From: Longimicrobiales bacterium | GTDB lineage: Bacteria > Gemmatimonadota > Gemmatimonadetes > Longimicrobiales > Gaopeijiaceae | Reading direction: 5' to 3' | NCBI GenBank assembly: GCA_041690395.1 | Contig: JAWLHJ010000001.1 | Coordinates: forward strand, 512,001-576,000 | DNA: 64,000 nucleotides | In this document: piece by piece, positions 49,438-58,541 of the stretch | Numbering within the stretch: the stretch's first letter is position 1 | How the letters are laid out: the number at the start of each line of letters is the position of its first letter | The notes under the pieces: model-generated | Told to the model about the DNA's origin: nothing | Seen by the model: the letters and a program-made list of their open reading frames with translations, nothing else | Database searches by the model: none | Translations under genes and position numbers: made by a program

Positions 49438-50691
49438 TCAGGCAGTCGCCCGGACGGAGCGCCGCTCGATGCGCCGCGTCAGGATGTGGGTCGTGAGGTC
49501 GAGCGCGTCCTGGCCCGCGCCGTCGATGAAGCTCGACTTCCGGCGTCTCAGGAAGCGGAGTCCCATGACGTAGAGACCGGGCACGGGCGTTACGCCGCCC
49601 ACGTGCCGGATCTCCCCGCCGGGGTCGAGCACCGGGATCTCGAGCCAGTCGTAGTTGCGGGCGTAGCCGGTCGCCCACAGCACGCTCAGGATTCCCTCGG
49701 CCGCGAGGTCGATGCGGTCGGGAGACGTGAGGAGTGGGGTGGGCGTGAAGGGTGGAGCCGGGGGAACGGACCCCTCCATGCCCCGCTCCCGGATGAACGC
49801 GTCGATCCGCTCCCGTAGGCGGGCGAGCTTCACGTCCGCGGCCACGGTGACCTCGATGAGGTCGTCACCGAGGTGGACCGTGGAGCCGTCGGCTCCGAGC
49901 ACGCGGCCGACCACACGCACTCCCTGGCCCATCAGCGTCGCGAGGTCGAGGTCGCGCCCCTCGGGCGAGCCGACGAGCTGCAGGGAGGGCTGCTCGGTCG
50001 ACGCACGGAGGTCGGCCACCTGGTCCGCCCGCTCGTCGAAGACGCCCATGCCGTCGAGCCACCACAGGATGTCGCGCCCGCGGTATCGCCTCGGCAGGCG
50101 CGTGTGACGCCCTACGGCTAGCGTCACCTGGCGCCCGGACGCCTGTAGCTCCGCCGCGAGCTGGATTCCGGTAGCGGAGGCTCCGACGACCAGGACGCCG
50201 CCTGGCGGGAGAGCGGCCGCGTTCCGGTAACGCGTGGAGTCGGTTTGCACGACTGTCCGCGGGAGGCGGTCCGCGAGCCTCGGGATCCTGGCCCGTTGGC
50301 AATCCCCGGTGGCGACGACGACGTGGTCCGCCAGCCAGCTGCCGTCACTCGTGGCGACCAGGAAGCGGTCTTCGAGCAGTCGAACCGAGCGGACCTCGAC
50401 GCCCGTCACGAGCGGCGCCGGGAACGAGGCCGCGTACCCTTCCAGATAGGTGACGACTTCGCGCCAGGGCATGTAGCCCTCGGCGTCCGGCCCCTCGTAT
50501 CGCCAGCCGGGGAGGCGAGCCTGCCACCGCGGCGTGAGGAGCCGGAGCGAATCCCACGACGCCCGTCGCCACCGGTCCGCGACCCCGCCGCGTTCCAGCA
50601 CGACGTGCTCGACGCCGGCGTCCGTGAGGGTTCGACTCATGGCGAGGCCGGACTGGCCTCCGCCGATGACCAGGGTGTCGATGCGTCTCAT
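49438..50691 (-). CDS. Flavin-containing monooxygenase-like oxidoreductase (CzcO/FMO class)
   Basis: VIGGGQSGLA, WDSLRLLTP, VVVATG, VLVVGASATGIQLA, WATGY; ATG 50691. Confidence 0.88.
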   Translation of the reverse strand: MRRIDTLVIGGGQSGLAMSRTLTDAGVEHVVLERGGVADRWRRASWDSLRLLTPRWQARLPGWRYEGPDAEGYMPWREVVTYLEGYAASFPAPLVTGVEVRSVRLLEDRFLVATSDGSWLADHVVVATGDCQRARIPRLADRLPRTVVQTDSTRYRNAAALPPGGVLVVGASATGIQLAAELQASGRQVTLAVGRHTRLPRRYRGRDILWWLDGMGVFDERADQVADLRASTEQPSLQLVGSPEGRDLDLATLMGQGVRVVGRVLGADGSTVHLGDDLIEVTVAADVKLARLRERIDAFIRERGMEGSVPPAPPFTPTPLLTSPDRIDLAAEGILSVLWATGYARNYDWLEIPVLDPGGEIRHVGGVTPVPGLYVMGLRFLRRRKSSFIDGAGQDALDLTTHILTRRIERRSVRATA

Positions 50692-50750
50692 GGGACGGGC
50701 CGTGGCTGCGGATGGCGGAGCGGGGGGAGACGAGAGGCGGAGGCGGGAGA

Positions 50751-50776
50751 CCGGCCGGAGACGTTCCTCCGGCCGG
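50751..50776 (-). terminator. Intercistronic hairpin between OsmC and FMO genes
   Basis: Perfect 10-bp stem CCGGCCGGAG / CTCCGGCCGG with 6-nt loop; no long U-tract. Confidence 0.4.
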
Positions 50777-50795
50777 CGCTCCGGCCGGTCCAACC

Positions 50796-51377
50796 TCAGG
50801 CCACGTCGACGTTGATCTCGACGGGCACCGAGTTGGTGATGATGTCGAACACCGCGGAGCGGGAGCGCGACTGCTCGACGATCTTGCGGAGGGTCGCCTC
50901 GTCGGCGTCGCCCTCGATGCGGAAGTCCACGCGGATCCGCTCGTAGCCGTTCCGAACCTCGTCGGAGAGGCCCAGGATGCCCTGGATGTCGATCTCACCC
51001 TCGATGGTGGCTTCGACAGACTTCAGGGTGACGCCGCGAGCGGCGGCGATGTTGCCGATGCCGGCGGTGAGGCAGGAGCCGAGCCCGGCGAGGACGAGCT
51101 CGACCGGGAGTGGAGCGTTGTCCGCGCCGACGAGGACCTGGGGGTGGTCGGCGTCGACGATGAACTCACGCACGTGCTCGTGCTCGCCGCCCGCGCCGTA
51201 GAACGACTTGATGGAGCTGCGGCTGTGCGTGCCCGATTGCCAGGTGGTCGTCGAGCGGAAGCGGAACGCCGCGAGCTCGCGCTGGTTGTCGACCGCGTTG
51301 ATGGTGGCGAACAGGGTGGGGGTATCGACTCCGTTGAGTGGGCCGCGGGCGGGCCGCTCGAGGGTTGCTTCCGACAT
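50796..51377 (-). CDS. OsmC-family protein (single-Cys subtype)
   Basis: GGAGG RBS; LNGVD, ADHP..LVG.DN.P.PVELVLAGLGSCLT, GY..IRV.F.I, SRSAVFD. Confidence 0.88.
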   Translation of the reverse strand: MSEATLERPARGPLNGVDTPTLFATINAVDNQRELAAFRFRSTTTWQSGTHSRSSIKSFYGAGGEHEHVREFIVDADHPQVLVGADNAPLPVELVLAGLGSCLTAGIGNIAAARGVTLKSVEATIEGEIDIQGILGLSDEVRNGYERIRVDFRIEGDADEATLRKIVEQSRSRSAVFDIITNSVPVEINVDVA

Positions 51378-51469
51378 GTTGGTGTCCTCCGTGGTAGGGT
51401 TCTGGCCGGGGGCCTCGCCTCCGTCCGTATCGGGGATACAGGGTTCTCCGTCGGACGGGCTCACGCGTG

Positions 51470-51498
51470 TTGTCGGGACCGTCGGTCGCCCCTATCGT
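51470..51498 (+). promoter_or_regulatory. Putative sigma70 promoter for leaderless ECF sigma mRNA
   Basis: TTGTCG-17bp-TATCGT, with ATG 6 nt downstream and no SD. Confidence 0.5.
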
Positions 51499-51504
51499 GG
51501 CGGT

Positions 51505-52101
51505 ATGGACAAGCGTATCGACGCGGCGGACATCACCCGTCTGCTGGATGCGGCGACGGACGGGCGGCCCGAGGCTCTCGACGAGGTCTTCGAGGTGGCG
51601 TATCCGCGGCTGCGGGAGATCGCCCACGCACGGAGACGCGGTTGGCGGGGGTCCGACACGCTCAACACGACCGGGCTGGTGCACGAGGCGTATATGAAGC
51701 TCGCCGCCGGAGGTCCGGGGTCGTACGAGAACCGCGGGCACTTCTTCGCCACAACTGCGCGCGCCATGCGTCAGGTGCTCATCAACTACGCCGAGAAGCA
51801 GACGGCCCAGAAGCGTGGTGGTGGGCGGAGCGACGTGACCCTCTACGAGGGCGACGCCGTCACGGACGACGCGCTCGACGAGCTGCTGTCGCTCGACGAG
51901 GCGCTGAAGCGGCTCGAGGCGGTGGACGAGCGCCAGGCCGGTGTCGTGGAATGCCTGTTCTTCGCCGGTCTGAGTGTGGCCGAGACGGCCGAGGCGATGG
52001 AAGTCTCGCCGGCCACGGTCAAGAGGGACTGGGCGGCGGCGCGTGCCTGGCTCTACCGCGAGATGAACGAGTCGCCGGACTCGCCAGAGCCCCACGACTG
52101 A
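51505..52101 (+). CDS. ECF-type sigma factor (TIGR02999-like group)
   Basis: ITRLL, Y..LREIA, TLNTTGLVHEAYMKL, HFFA..A.AMRQVL, KRGG, FFAGLS..E.A, TVKRDW..ARAWL. Confidence 0.9.
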   Translation: MDKRIDAADITRLLDAATDGRPEALDEVFEVAYPRLREIAHARRRGWRGSDTLNTTGLVHEAYMKLAAGGPGSYENRGHFFATTARAMRQVLINYAEKQTAQKRGGGRSDVTLYEGDAVTDDALDELLSLDEALKRLEAVDERQAGVVECLFFAGLSVAETAEAMEVSPATVKRDWAAARAWLYREMNESPDSPEPHD

Positions 52102-52257
52102 ACCTCCCGGCCGGGCCGTCCCCTTCGGACGCGGCGTCCATGCCAGGGGGCTCCTCCCCTCGCGCACCGCTATCCTAGATTTCGATGGTGTCGGTCGTGG
52201 GCCGACGTTCCGTCGGTCTCGCCATGCAACGAAGACGGGCTCAAAGGGATACCACTG

Positions 52258-53805
52258 ATGATGAAGACCTCCTTGACCGCGATCTCGCTCCTCGTGCTCA
52301 CGGCCGGCCAGGCCACGGCACAGACGTTCCCGACCGACGATCCGGTGATCCGGGCGATGTGGGAGGAGGGGATGGAGCAGGGCTCGCAGGCGTTCGACCT
52401 CGCCCAGGCCCTGGTCGATTCGATCGGGCCGCGCCTCATGGGCTCGCCGGCCTACGAGGAAGCCGCGGATTGGCTCATCGAGCAGTACGAGGCATGGGGC
52501 GTCGAAGCCGAGCGCCAGCAGTACGGGACGTGGATCGGGTGGGACCGGGGCTACACGCACATCGATCTGGTCGCTCCCCGCGTCCGCACGCTCGAGGGGA
52601 TGATGCTGGCATGGAGCCCGGGAACCGATGGGCCGGTCGAGGCCGACGTCGTGCAGATGCCCCGCTTCGACAGCGCCGCGGACTTCGAAGCCTGGCTCCC
52701 GACCGTCGAGGGGAGCATGGTCGGCATCTCGCTTCCCGAGCCGACCTGCCGTCCGAACGAGTCGTGGGAGCAGTGGGCTACCGAAGAAGCCTACCAGGAA
52801 ATGGAGGCGGCCCGCGACCGGGGGCGTGCCGCCTGGCAGGCGTCGCTGCGCGCGATCGGGTCGGACTACGTCGAGCGCATCGAAGCGGCGGGAGCGGTGG
52901 GTCTGCTGACCGCGCGATGGTCCGAGGGGTGGGGCGCCGACAAGATCTTCAGCGCGCCGTCCCGGACCATCCCGGGCCTGCACCTCGCGTGCGAGGACTA
53001 CGGACTCGTGGCGCGCATGGCCGAGCGCGGCCAGGGTCCGCGCATCCGGCTCGACGCACGGGCGGAGTTCCTGGGTGACGTCCCGGCGTTCAACGTCGTC
53101 GCACGCATTCCCGGAACAGAGCTCCCGAACGAGTACGTCGTGCTGAGCGCCCACCTGGACTCCTGGGACGGCGCGTCCGGCGCCACCGACAACGGTACCG
53201 GCACCATCATGATGATGGAGGCCATGCGCATCCTGCGTGAGACCTATCCGAATCCGCGCCGCACGATCCTGGTCGGGCACTGGGGCGGGGAGGAGCAGGG
53301 GCTCATCGGCTCCACCGCGTTCGCGGCCGACAACCCGGACGTCGTGGACGGGCTGCAGGCCGCGTTCAACCAGGACAACGGGACCTGGCGCATCGACTTC
53401 ATCCGCATGCAGGGCTTCACCGGAGCGGGGGCCCACTTCGGCCGCTGGTTCTCGAAGATCCCCGGCGAGATCACCGGACATATCGAGCTGGACATCCCGG
53501 GCGTGCCGGAGGTCGGCGGGAGCGACCATATGTCGTTCATCTGCGTGCCGTCGCCAGGCTTCCGCCTGCAGTCCAACTACCCCGACTATCGACAGTACAC
53601 CTGGCACACGAACCTCGACACGTTCGACAAGATCGTGTTCGCGGATCTACGCAACAACGCGACACTGGCGGCCATGCTCGCCTACATGGCTTCCGAGGAC
53701 CCGGATCGGGTTCCGAGCGACACGAGGGTGCTGCCGTCCGACCCCGCTCCGGGGACGCCGAGTAGCTGGCCCCAGTGCCGCGCGCCGCGCCGCAGCTTCA
53801 ACTGA
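52258..53805 (+). CDS. Secreted M28-family metallopeptidase (paralog of 2709-4310)
   Basis: DSIGPRL, SAHLDSW, GATDNGTG, GEEQGL, NQDNGT, GSDH, WHTNLDTFDK. Confidence 0.9.
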   Translation: MMKTSLTAISLLVLTAGQATAQTFPTDDPVIRAMWEEGMEQGSQAFDLAQALVDSIGPRLMGSPAYEEAADWLIEQYEAWGVEAERQQYGTWIGWDRGYTHIDLVAPRVRTLEGMMLAWSPGTDGPVEADVVQMPRFDSAADFEAWLPTVEGSMVGISLPEPTCRPNESWEQWATEEAYQEMEAARDRGRAAWQASLRAIGSDYVERIEAAGAVGLLTARWSEGWGADKIFSAPSRTIPGLHLACEDYGLVARMAERGQGPRIRLDARAEFLGDVPAFNVVARIPGTELPNEYVVLSAHLDSWDGASGATDNGTGTIMMMEAMRILRETYPNPRRTILVGHWGGEEQGLIGSTAFAADNPDVVDGLQAAFNQDNGTWRIDFIRMQGFTGAGAHFGRWFSKIPGEITGHIELDIPGVPEVGGSDHMSFICVPSPGFRLQSNYPDYRQYTWHTNLDTFDKIVFADLRNNATLAAMLAYMASEDPDRVPSDTRVLPSDPAPGTPSSWPQCRAPRRSFN

Positions 53806-53863
53806 ATCGTCCCGGATCGGGACCGACATCGTCACGAAGCGCTCACCTGGAGGGGAGCAGCAC

Positions 53864-54952
53864 ATGTTGAACCGAGAGCAGCTGATCGACCTGTACCGGA
53901 CCCATCGTGAAGAGAACGTGCTCAGCGTCTACGTGGACGGGGACGGCCACGACCCGGCCCAGCGCCGCGCCTGGACCGTCGAGTTCGAGCAGCGGCTCTC
54001 GAAGGAGCGGGCACGGGTCGAGGCCGAGAGCCCGGACCAGGTCGACGCCTTCGACCGGGCCAGGGAGTTGGTGCAGGACAAGCTCCGTCGCTACGGTGCT
54101 TTCCTCCCCGCCCGCGGGTGGGCGGGCTTCGCTACTCCCGAGGCGCTGCATTACGCAGAGGAGCTACCGGTGCCCATGCCCCACCTGGTGCGCTGGGAGC
54201 GCGGCCTGCGCGCGGCCCCCTACGTCAGGGCGCTGAAGCAGGACCGCATGGTCGTGGCCGTCCTCGTGGACAGCCGCAAGGCCCGCGTCTTCACCTACCG
54301 GAACGGGGAGCTGCACGAGCGCGCGGACCTCCTGGCGGATGTCGACATCGGAGAGCCGGGCGAGTCGAGCTCCTCCAAGCGTGCTTCGACGCACACGGGC
54401 ACCCACGGCGAGACCGGGACCGACGCGGCGCAGCGGGCGCTCGAGAAGAGCGCGTCGGATCTCCAGGCGAGGCTGGTCGAGGTCGTCGCGGAGTTCGCCG
54501 GGCGTGACGGCTACGTGGTGCTGGGCGGCATCGCCGAGCGTGAGACCGCTGTCGCGGCACAGCTCGAGAAGATGGCCGACCGGCTCATCGTGGTGCCGTC
54601 GATGCACCTCGCCATGAGCGAAGCGGAGGTGCGGGCCGCCGTGGAGACCGCCGCTTCGGAGATCAGCCGGAGGAGGCAGGGCGAGCTGCTCGGTGCGGTG
54701 ATGGACATGGCCCGCTCCGGCGGCAAGGGAGCGCTCGGCGTGCAGGCCACCGAGGACGCGCTGCGCGGGGTTCAGGTCGAGACTCTGTTGTTGACCCGGG
54801 GCTTCCGTGAGCGCCACCCGGACCTGGCGGACCACTTCGTCGGTACGGCGTTCGAGCAGGGCGCCAGCGTCGAGGAGCTCTCGGGCGAGAGCGCGGACCG
54901 CCTGGACGACGAGGCCGAGGGAGTAGCCGCGAGGCTGCGCTTCACCGCTTGA
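53864..54952 (+). CDS. Bacterial archaeo-eukaryotic release factor (baeRF/eRF1-like) family protein
   Basis: GGAG RBS, ATG 53864; VLSVYVD N-domain, VLVDSRKARVF, C-terminal G.GALG...T..AL...QVETLL...GA.VE...EGVAARLRF (eRF1 domain 3). Confidence 0.7.
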   Translation: MLNREQLIDLYRTHREENVLSVYVDGDGHDPAQRRAWTVEFEQRLSKERARVEAESPDQVDAFDRARELVQDKLRRYGAFLPARGWAGFATPEALHYAEELPVPMPHLVRWERGLRAAPYVRALKQDRMVVAVLVDSRKARVFTYRNGELHERADLLADVDIGEPGESSSSKRASTHTGTHGETGTDAAQRALEKSASDLQARLVEVVAEFAGRDGYVVLGGIAERETAVAAQLEKMADRLIVVPSMHLAMSEAEVRAAVETAASEISRRRQGELLGAVMDMARSGGKGALGVQATEDALRGVQVETLLLTRGFRERHPDLADHFVGTAFEQGASVEELSGESADRLDDEAEGVAARLRFTA

Positions 54953-57714
54953 GTCGGAAGGGACCCGGGTTCGCCGGCGCCGCGGCGCCCCGGGTCCCTG
55001 AAGGGCGAGATGCGCCGGAGCCCGGTACCGTGACGGCGTGGCACGCCCTTTCGGTGGACGAGGTGCTGCGGGAGGTGGAGGCCGACGGGGGCGGCCTCGG
55101 CGCGGACGAGGCCGCCCGCAGGCTCGAGCGGTACGGCCCGAACAGCCTCAGGCCGCAGAAGCCCGTGTCGGCGTGGGCGATCTTCAAGCACCAGCTTTCG
55201 AGCGTGGTCGCGTGGCTTCTCGTGGTCGCCACGGGTGTGGCGCTCGCGATCGGGGACGCCGTCGAAGCGATCGCGATCGGTATCGTGCTGGCGATCAACG
55301 TGATCGTCGGCTTCTGGACCGAGTGGCGAGCACGCATCGCGGTCGACGCGCTCGGTCGACTCCAGGTGGAAGAGGCGGAGGTGCTCCGCGACGGGCACCG
55401 GGTGAAGATCGACGCGGCCGAGCTGGTGCCGGGCGACGTGGTCGTGCTTTCGGAAGGCGCCCGGGTGCCTGCGGACGCACGCCTCCTCGAGGCGAGCGAG
55501 CTGAGCATCGACGAGGCTCTCCTCACCGGTGAGTCGATGCCGGTTCTGAAGTCAGTGGAGCCCGTCGCGGAGGAGCGGTCCGGCGATACGGGCGTGGGGG
55601 ACCGCACGTCGATGGTGCTCAAGGGCACCACTGTGGCCCGAGGGTCGGGGACGGCCGTCGTAGTGGCGACGGGGACGGCGACCGAGGTCGGCAAGATCGG
55701 CGAGCTCGTGGGGACCCTGGAGCATGAGCCGACGCCCATCGAGCGTCGGCTGGACGTTCTGGGGCGTCGGCTGATCTGGATCACCCTCGGAGTCGCGCTC
55801 CTCGTCATCGCGGTCGGCCTGGCCGGCGGGCGCGATCCGTGGCTGGTGGTCGAGACGGGCCTCGCCCTGGCGATCGCGGCCGTACCCGAAGGGCTGCCGG
55901 TCGTGGCCACCATTACGCTGGCCGTCGGGATGTGGCGCATGGCCAAGAGGAATGCGCTCGTGCGACGTCCGCCGGCTGTCGAGGCCCTCGGGTCGGCGAC
56001 GGTCGTCTGCGCCGACAAGACCGGAACGCTGACCAGCGGACGGATGACCGTGACGTCCCTGCTCTCGGCCGAGGGACGGGTGGACGTGGACGGCGAGGGC
56101 CCGCCCTTCGAAGGCTTCCGGAAGCTCGTTCGCTCGGCCGTGCTGGCCAACGAGGGCACGCTCGAGCGCGTGGAGGGCCAGTGGAAGGGCGTCGGTGACC
56201 CGACGGACGTCGCCCTGCTCCGGCTCGGCATGGAGCAGGGGCTGGACCGGGACGAGCTCGTCTCCGAGGCCCCCGAGGTCGCTCGCCTCCCGTTCTCGAG
56301 CGCCCGCATGCTCATGGCCAGCTTCCATCGGCGGGACGGCGGTCCGGTCGAGATCCATGTGAAAGGAGCCACCGACCGGGTGCTCCCACGCTGCGACCGG
56401 CGGTTGGGCGCGGATGGGGAGGAGCCGCTCGACGAGACGCTCCGTGAAGAGCTCCGCGGGGAAGAGGAGGCGCTGGCCGCCGAAGGGCTCCGTGTTCTTA
56501 CGGTGGCGACCGGCACGACGGACGAGGGGGGAGCCGGGAGCGAGTCCGCGTTGCAGGGCCTCACGCTGCTCGGTTTCGTCGGATTGATGGACCCTCCGGC
56601 CGAAGGGGTCGAGGACGCGATCGAAGGCTTCCGGGCCGCGGGGATCCGCGTCGTGATGATCACCGGGGACCAGCCGGCCACGGCGCGTTCGATCGCCGAG
56701 CGACTCGGGATGCTGGAGGCCGGGGGACGCGTGGTCCGGGGAAGCGAGCTGTCGGCCATGGACGAAGCGGAGCTCCGGGAGGTCGCAGGGGAGGTGTCGG
56801 TCTTCGGCCGGGTCAGCCCGGGGGACAAGCTGCGGATCGTGGAGGCGCTGCTCGCCCGTGGCGAGGTGGTGGGGATGCTCGGCGACGGGGTGAACGACGC
56901 GCCCGCGCTCAAGCGGGCCGACATCGGTGTCGCCATGGGTGGACGTGGCACGGACGTGGCGAAGGGTGTCGCGGATCTCGTGCTCGCCGACGATCGGCTC
57001 GGGACCGTGGGGATCGCGGTGGAGGAGGGCCGCGTCATCTTCGACAACATCCGCAAGTTCGTTTTCTATCTCTTCTCCTGTAACCTCTCCGAGGTCGGGG
57101 TCGTCCTCGGCGCTTCGCTCGCAGGGGCGCCCCTCCCGCTCCTCCCGCTCCAGCTTCTCTGGCTGAACGTCGTCACCGACGTCTTTCCGGCCCTCGCCCT
57201 CTCGGCGGAGCCTGCCGAGCCCGACGTCATGCGCAGGCCCCCGAGGCCCAGGGACGCACCCATCCTCTCCAGGGGGCTTCTGACGTATCTGGGCTACTAT
57301 GCCGCGCTCATGACCGCGGTCACGCTCGGTGTCTTCTGGTGGGCGCTCACCCGCGGCCCCGCCACGCCCGGCTACGCCGTCACGATGTCGTTCATGACCC
57401 TGGCGATCGCCCAGCTCGCCCACGCGCTGAACGCCAGGCGCTTCGGGCCGGTGCGCCTGGGGTCGGGAGGCACGCGCAACCGGTGGATGGTCGCCGCGCT
57501 GCTCCTGGGTGTCGCGCTCCAACTCCTCGCCGTCTACGTCCCCATGCTTCAACGCGTTCTGGGGACCGTGCCTCTGGGGCTGGTGGACTGGGCGATCGTC
57601 GGCGGCGCGGCCCTCGTGCCGCTCGTCGCCGGTCAGGCGTGGAAGCACCTGAGGAGTCAATCGCCCAGGAACGACTCCAGCGCGGCGAGCGAGGCGTCCG
57701 GAAGTTCGTCCTGA
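54949..57714 (+). CDS. Cation-translocating P-type ATPase (P2A, Ca2+-type)
   Basis: LTGES, AVPEGLP, DKTGTLT, KGA, MITGD, GDGVNDAPAL, LWLNVVTD. Confidence 0.93.
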   Translation: MSRKGPGFAGAAAPRVPEGRDAPEPGTVTAWHALSVDEVLREVEADGGGLGADEAARRLERYGPNSLRPQKPVSAWAIFKHQLSSVVAWLLVVATGVALAIGDAVEAIAIGIVLAINVIVGFWTEWRARIAVDALGRLQVEEAEVLRDGHRVKIDAAELVPGDVVVLSEGARVPADARLLEASELSIDEALLTGESMPVLKSVEPVAEERSGDTGVGDRTSMVLKGTTVARGSGTAVVVATGTATEVGKIGELVGTLEHEPTPIERRLDVLGRRLIWITLGVALLVIAVGLAGGRDPWLVVETGLALAIAAVPEGLPVVATITLAVGMWRMAKRNALVRRPPAVEALGSATVVCADKTGTLTSGRMTVTSLLSAEGRVDVDGEGPPFEGFRKLVRSAVLANEGTLERVEGQWKGVGDPTDVALLRLGMEQGLDRDELVSEAPEVARLPFSSARMLMASFHRRDGGPVEIHVKGATDRVLPRCDRRLGADGEEPLDETLREELRGEEEALAAEGLRVLTVATGTTDEGGAGSESALQGLTLLGFVGLMDPPAEGVEDAIEGFRAAGIRVVMITGDQPATARSIAERLGMLEAGGRVVRGSELSAMDEAELREVAGEVSVFGRVSPGDKLRIVEALLARGEVVGMLGDGVNDAPALKRADIGVAMGGRGTDVAKGVADLVLADDRLGTVGIAVEEGRVIFDNIRKFVFYLFSCNLSEVGVVLGASLAGAPLPLLPLQLLWLNVVTDVFPALALSAEPAEPDVMRRPPRPRDAPILSRGLLTYLGYYAALMTAVTLGVFWWALTRGPATPGYAVTMSFMTLAIAQLAHALNARRFGPVRLGSGGTRNRWMVAALLLGVALQLLAVYVPMLQRVLGTVPLGLVDWAIVGGAALVPLVAGQAWKHLRSQSPRNDSSAASEASGSSS

Positions 57715-58541
57715 GGCAGATGGCCGCAGCGCTCGAAGACCCGCAGGCGGGCGTCGGGAAGCGCGCGAGCGAGCCGCTCCCCCACCCAGGCCGGAACGAC
57801 CCGGTCGTGCCGGCCCCACAGCAGGAGCGTCGGCGCGACCAGCGACGGGTACCGCTCCGTGATCGCCGCGAGGTCGGGCGGCTGTATGCGGCGGGCGGTC
57901 ACGATGAGCGCGGCGGGGGCACCCTCGCGGGCCAGCGGACGGGCGTAGCCTTCCACGAGGTCATCGGTGACGACGGACGGGTCGAAGACGATCGAGCGTA
58001 GTACCTGCCGCGCCAGGAGCCCCGGCGGCAGAGCCGCCAACAACAGGCGCGCGAGCCTGGGCGTGCGGGCGATCTTCACGAATGGCGGCATGCGCTGCGG
58101 GTAGGCCGCGCCCGCGAGGACCACGAGGCGGGCGGCCGGGGTTCCGGCGCCCTGGAGCTCGAGCGCCGTCAGGAGCGCGATGCCGCCCCCCAGGGAGTGA
58201 CCGACCAGCGTAACCCGGCCTGGCTCGATTCCTTCCTCGGAGGCGAGGCGTCCCAGCATCTCCACAACGAGTGCGGCCTGCCCGACCGGGCCGTAGGGCC
58301 CGTCAGGAGGCATCGCCGACCGGCCGCAGCCGAGCAGGTCGACGCCGATCACGTGGCCGCGGCGCTCCAGCACGGGCGCCCACGACCTCCACGAGAAGGT
58401 CGACGCACCGTAGCCGTGGATCAGCAGGAAGACGTCGGAGCCGGACGTCGGGTCGAGACCCGAGCGCTCCACGTGCAGAGCCTCCAGGAATCCCGCGGCC
58501 GGCCCATAGGCCGGCGTCGCGCCGGCGACCCCTTCGCTCAC
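57657..58541 (-). CDS. Alpha/beta fold hydrolase
   Basis: LIHGYG, DLLGCGRS, GHSLGG, WGRHD, GHLPQDE; GTG 58541 coupled to the upstream stop. Confidence 0.88.
   Translation of the reverse strand: MSEGVAGATPAYGPAAGFLEALHVERSGLDPTSGSDVFLLIHGYGASTFSWRSWAPVLERRGHVIGVDLLGCGRSAMPPDGPYGPVGQAALVVEMLGRLASEEGIEPGRVTLVGHSLGGGIALLTALELQGAGTPAARLVVLAGAAYPQRMPPFVKIARTPRLARLLLAALPPGLLARQVLRSIVFDPSVVTDDLVEGYARPLAREGAPAALIVTARRIQPPDLAAITERYPSLVAPTLLLWGRHDRVVPAWVGERLARALPDARLRVFERCGHLPQDELPDASLAALESFLGD

Noticed and set aside
51166..53607. Long antisense or alternate-frame ORFs (e.g. 51166-53607, 55552-57819, 43656-45908, 13974-15914)
   Set aside because: Arg/Pro/Gly-rich shadows of real genes, expected at high GC; no motifs.
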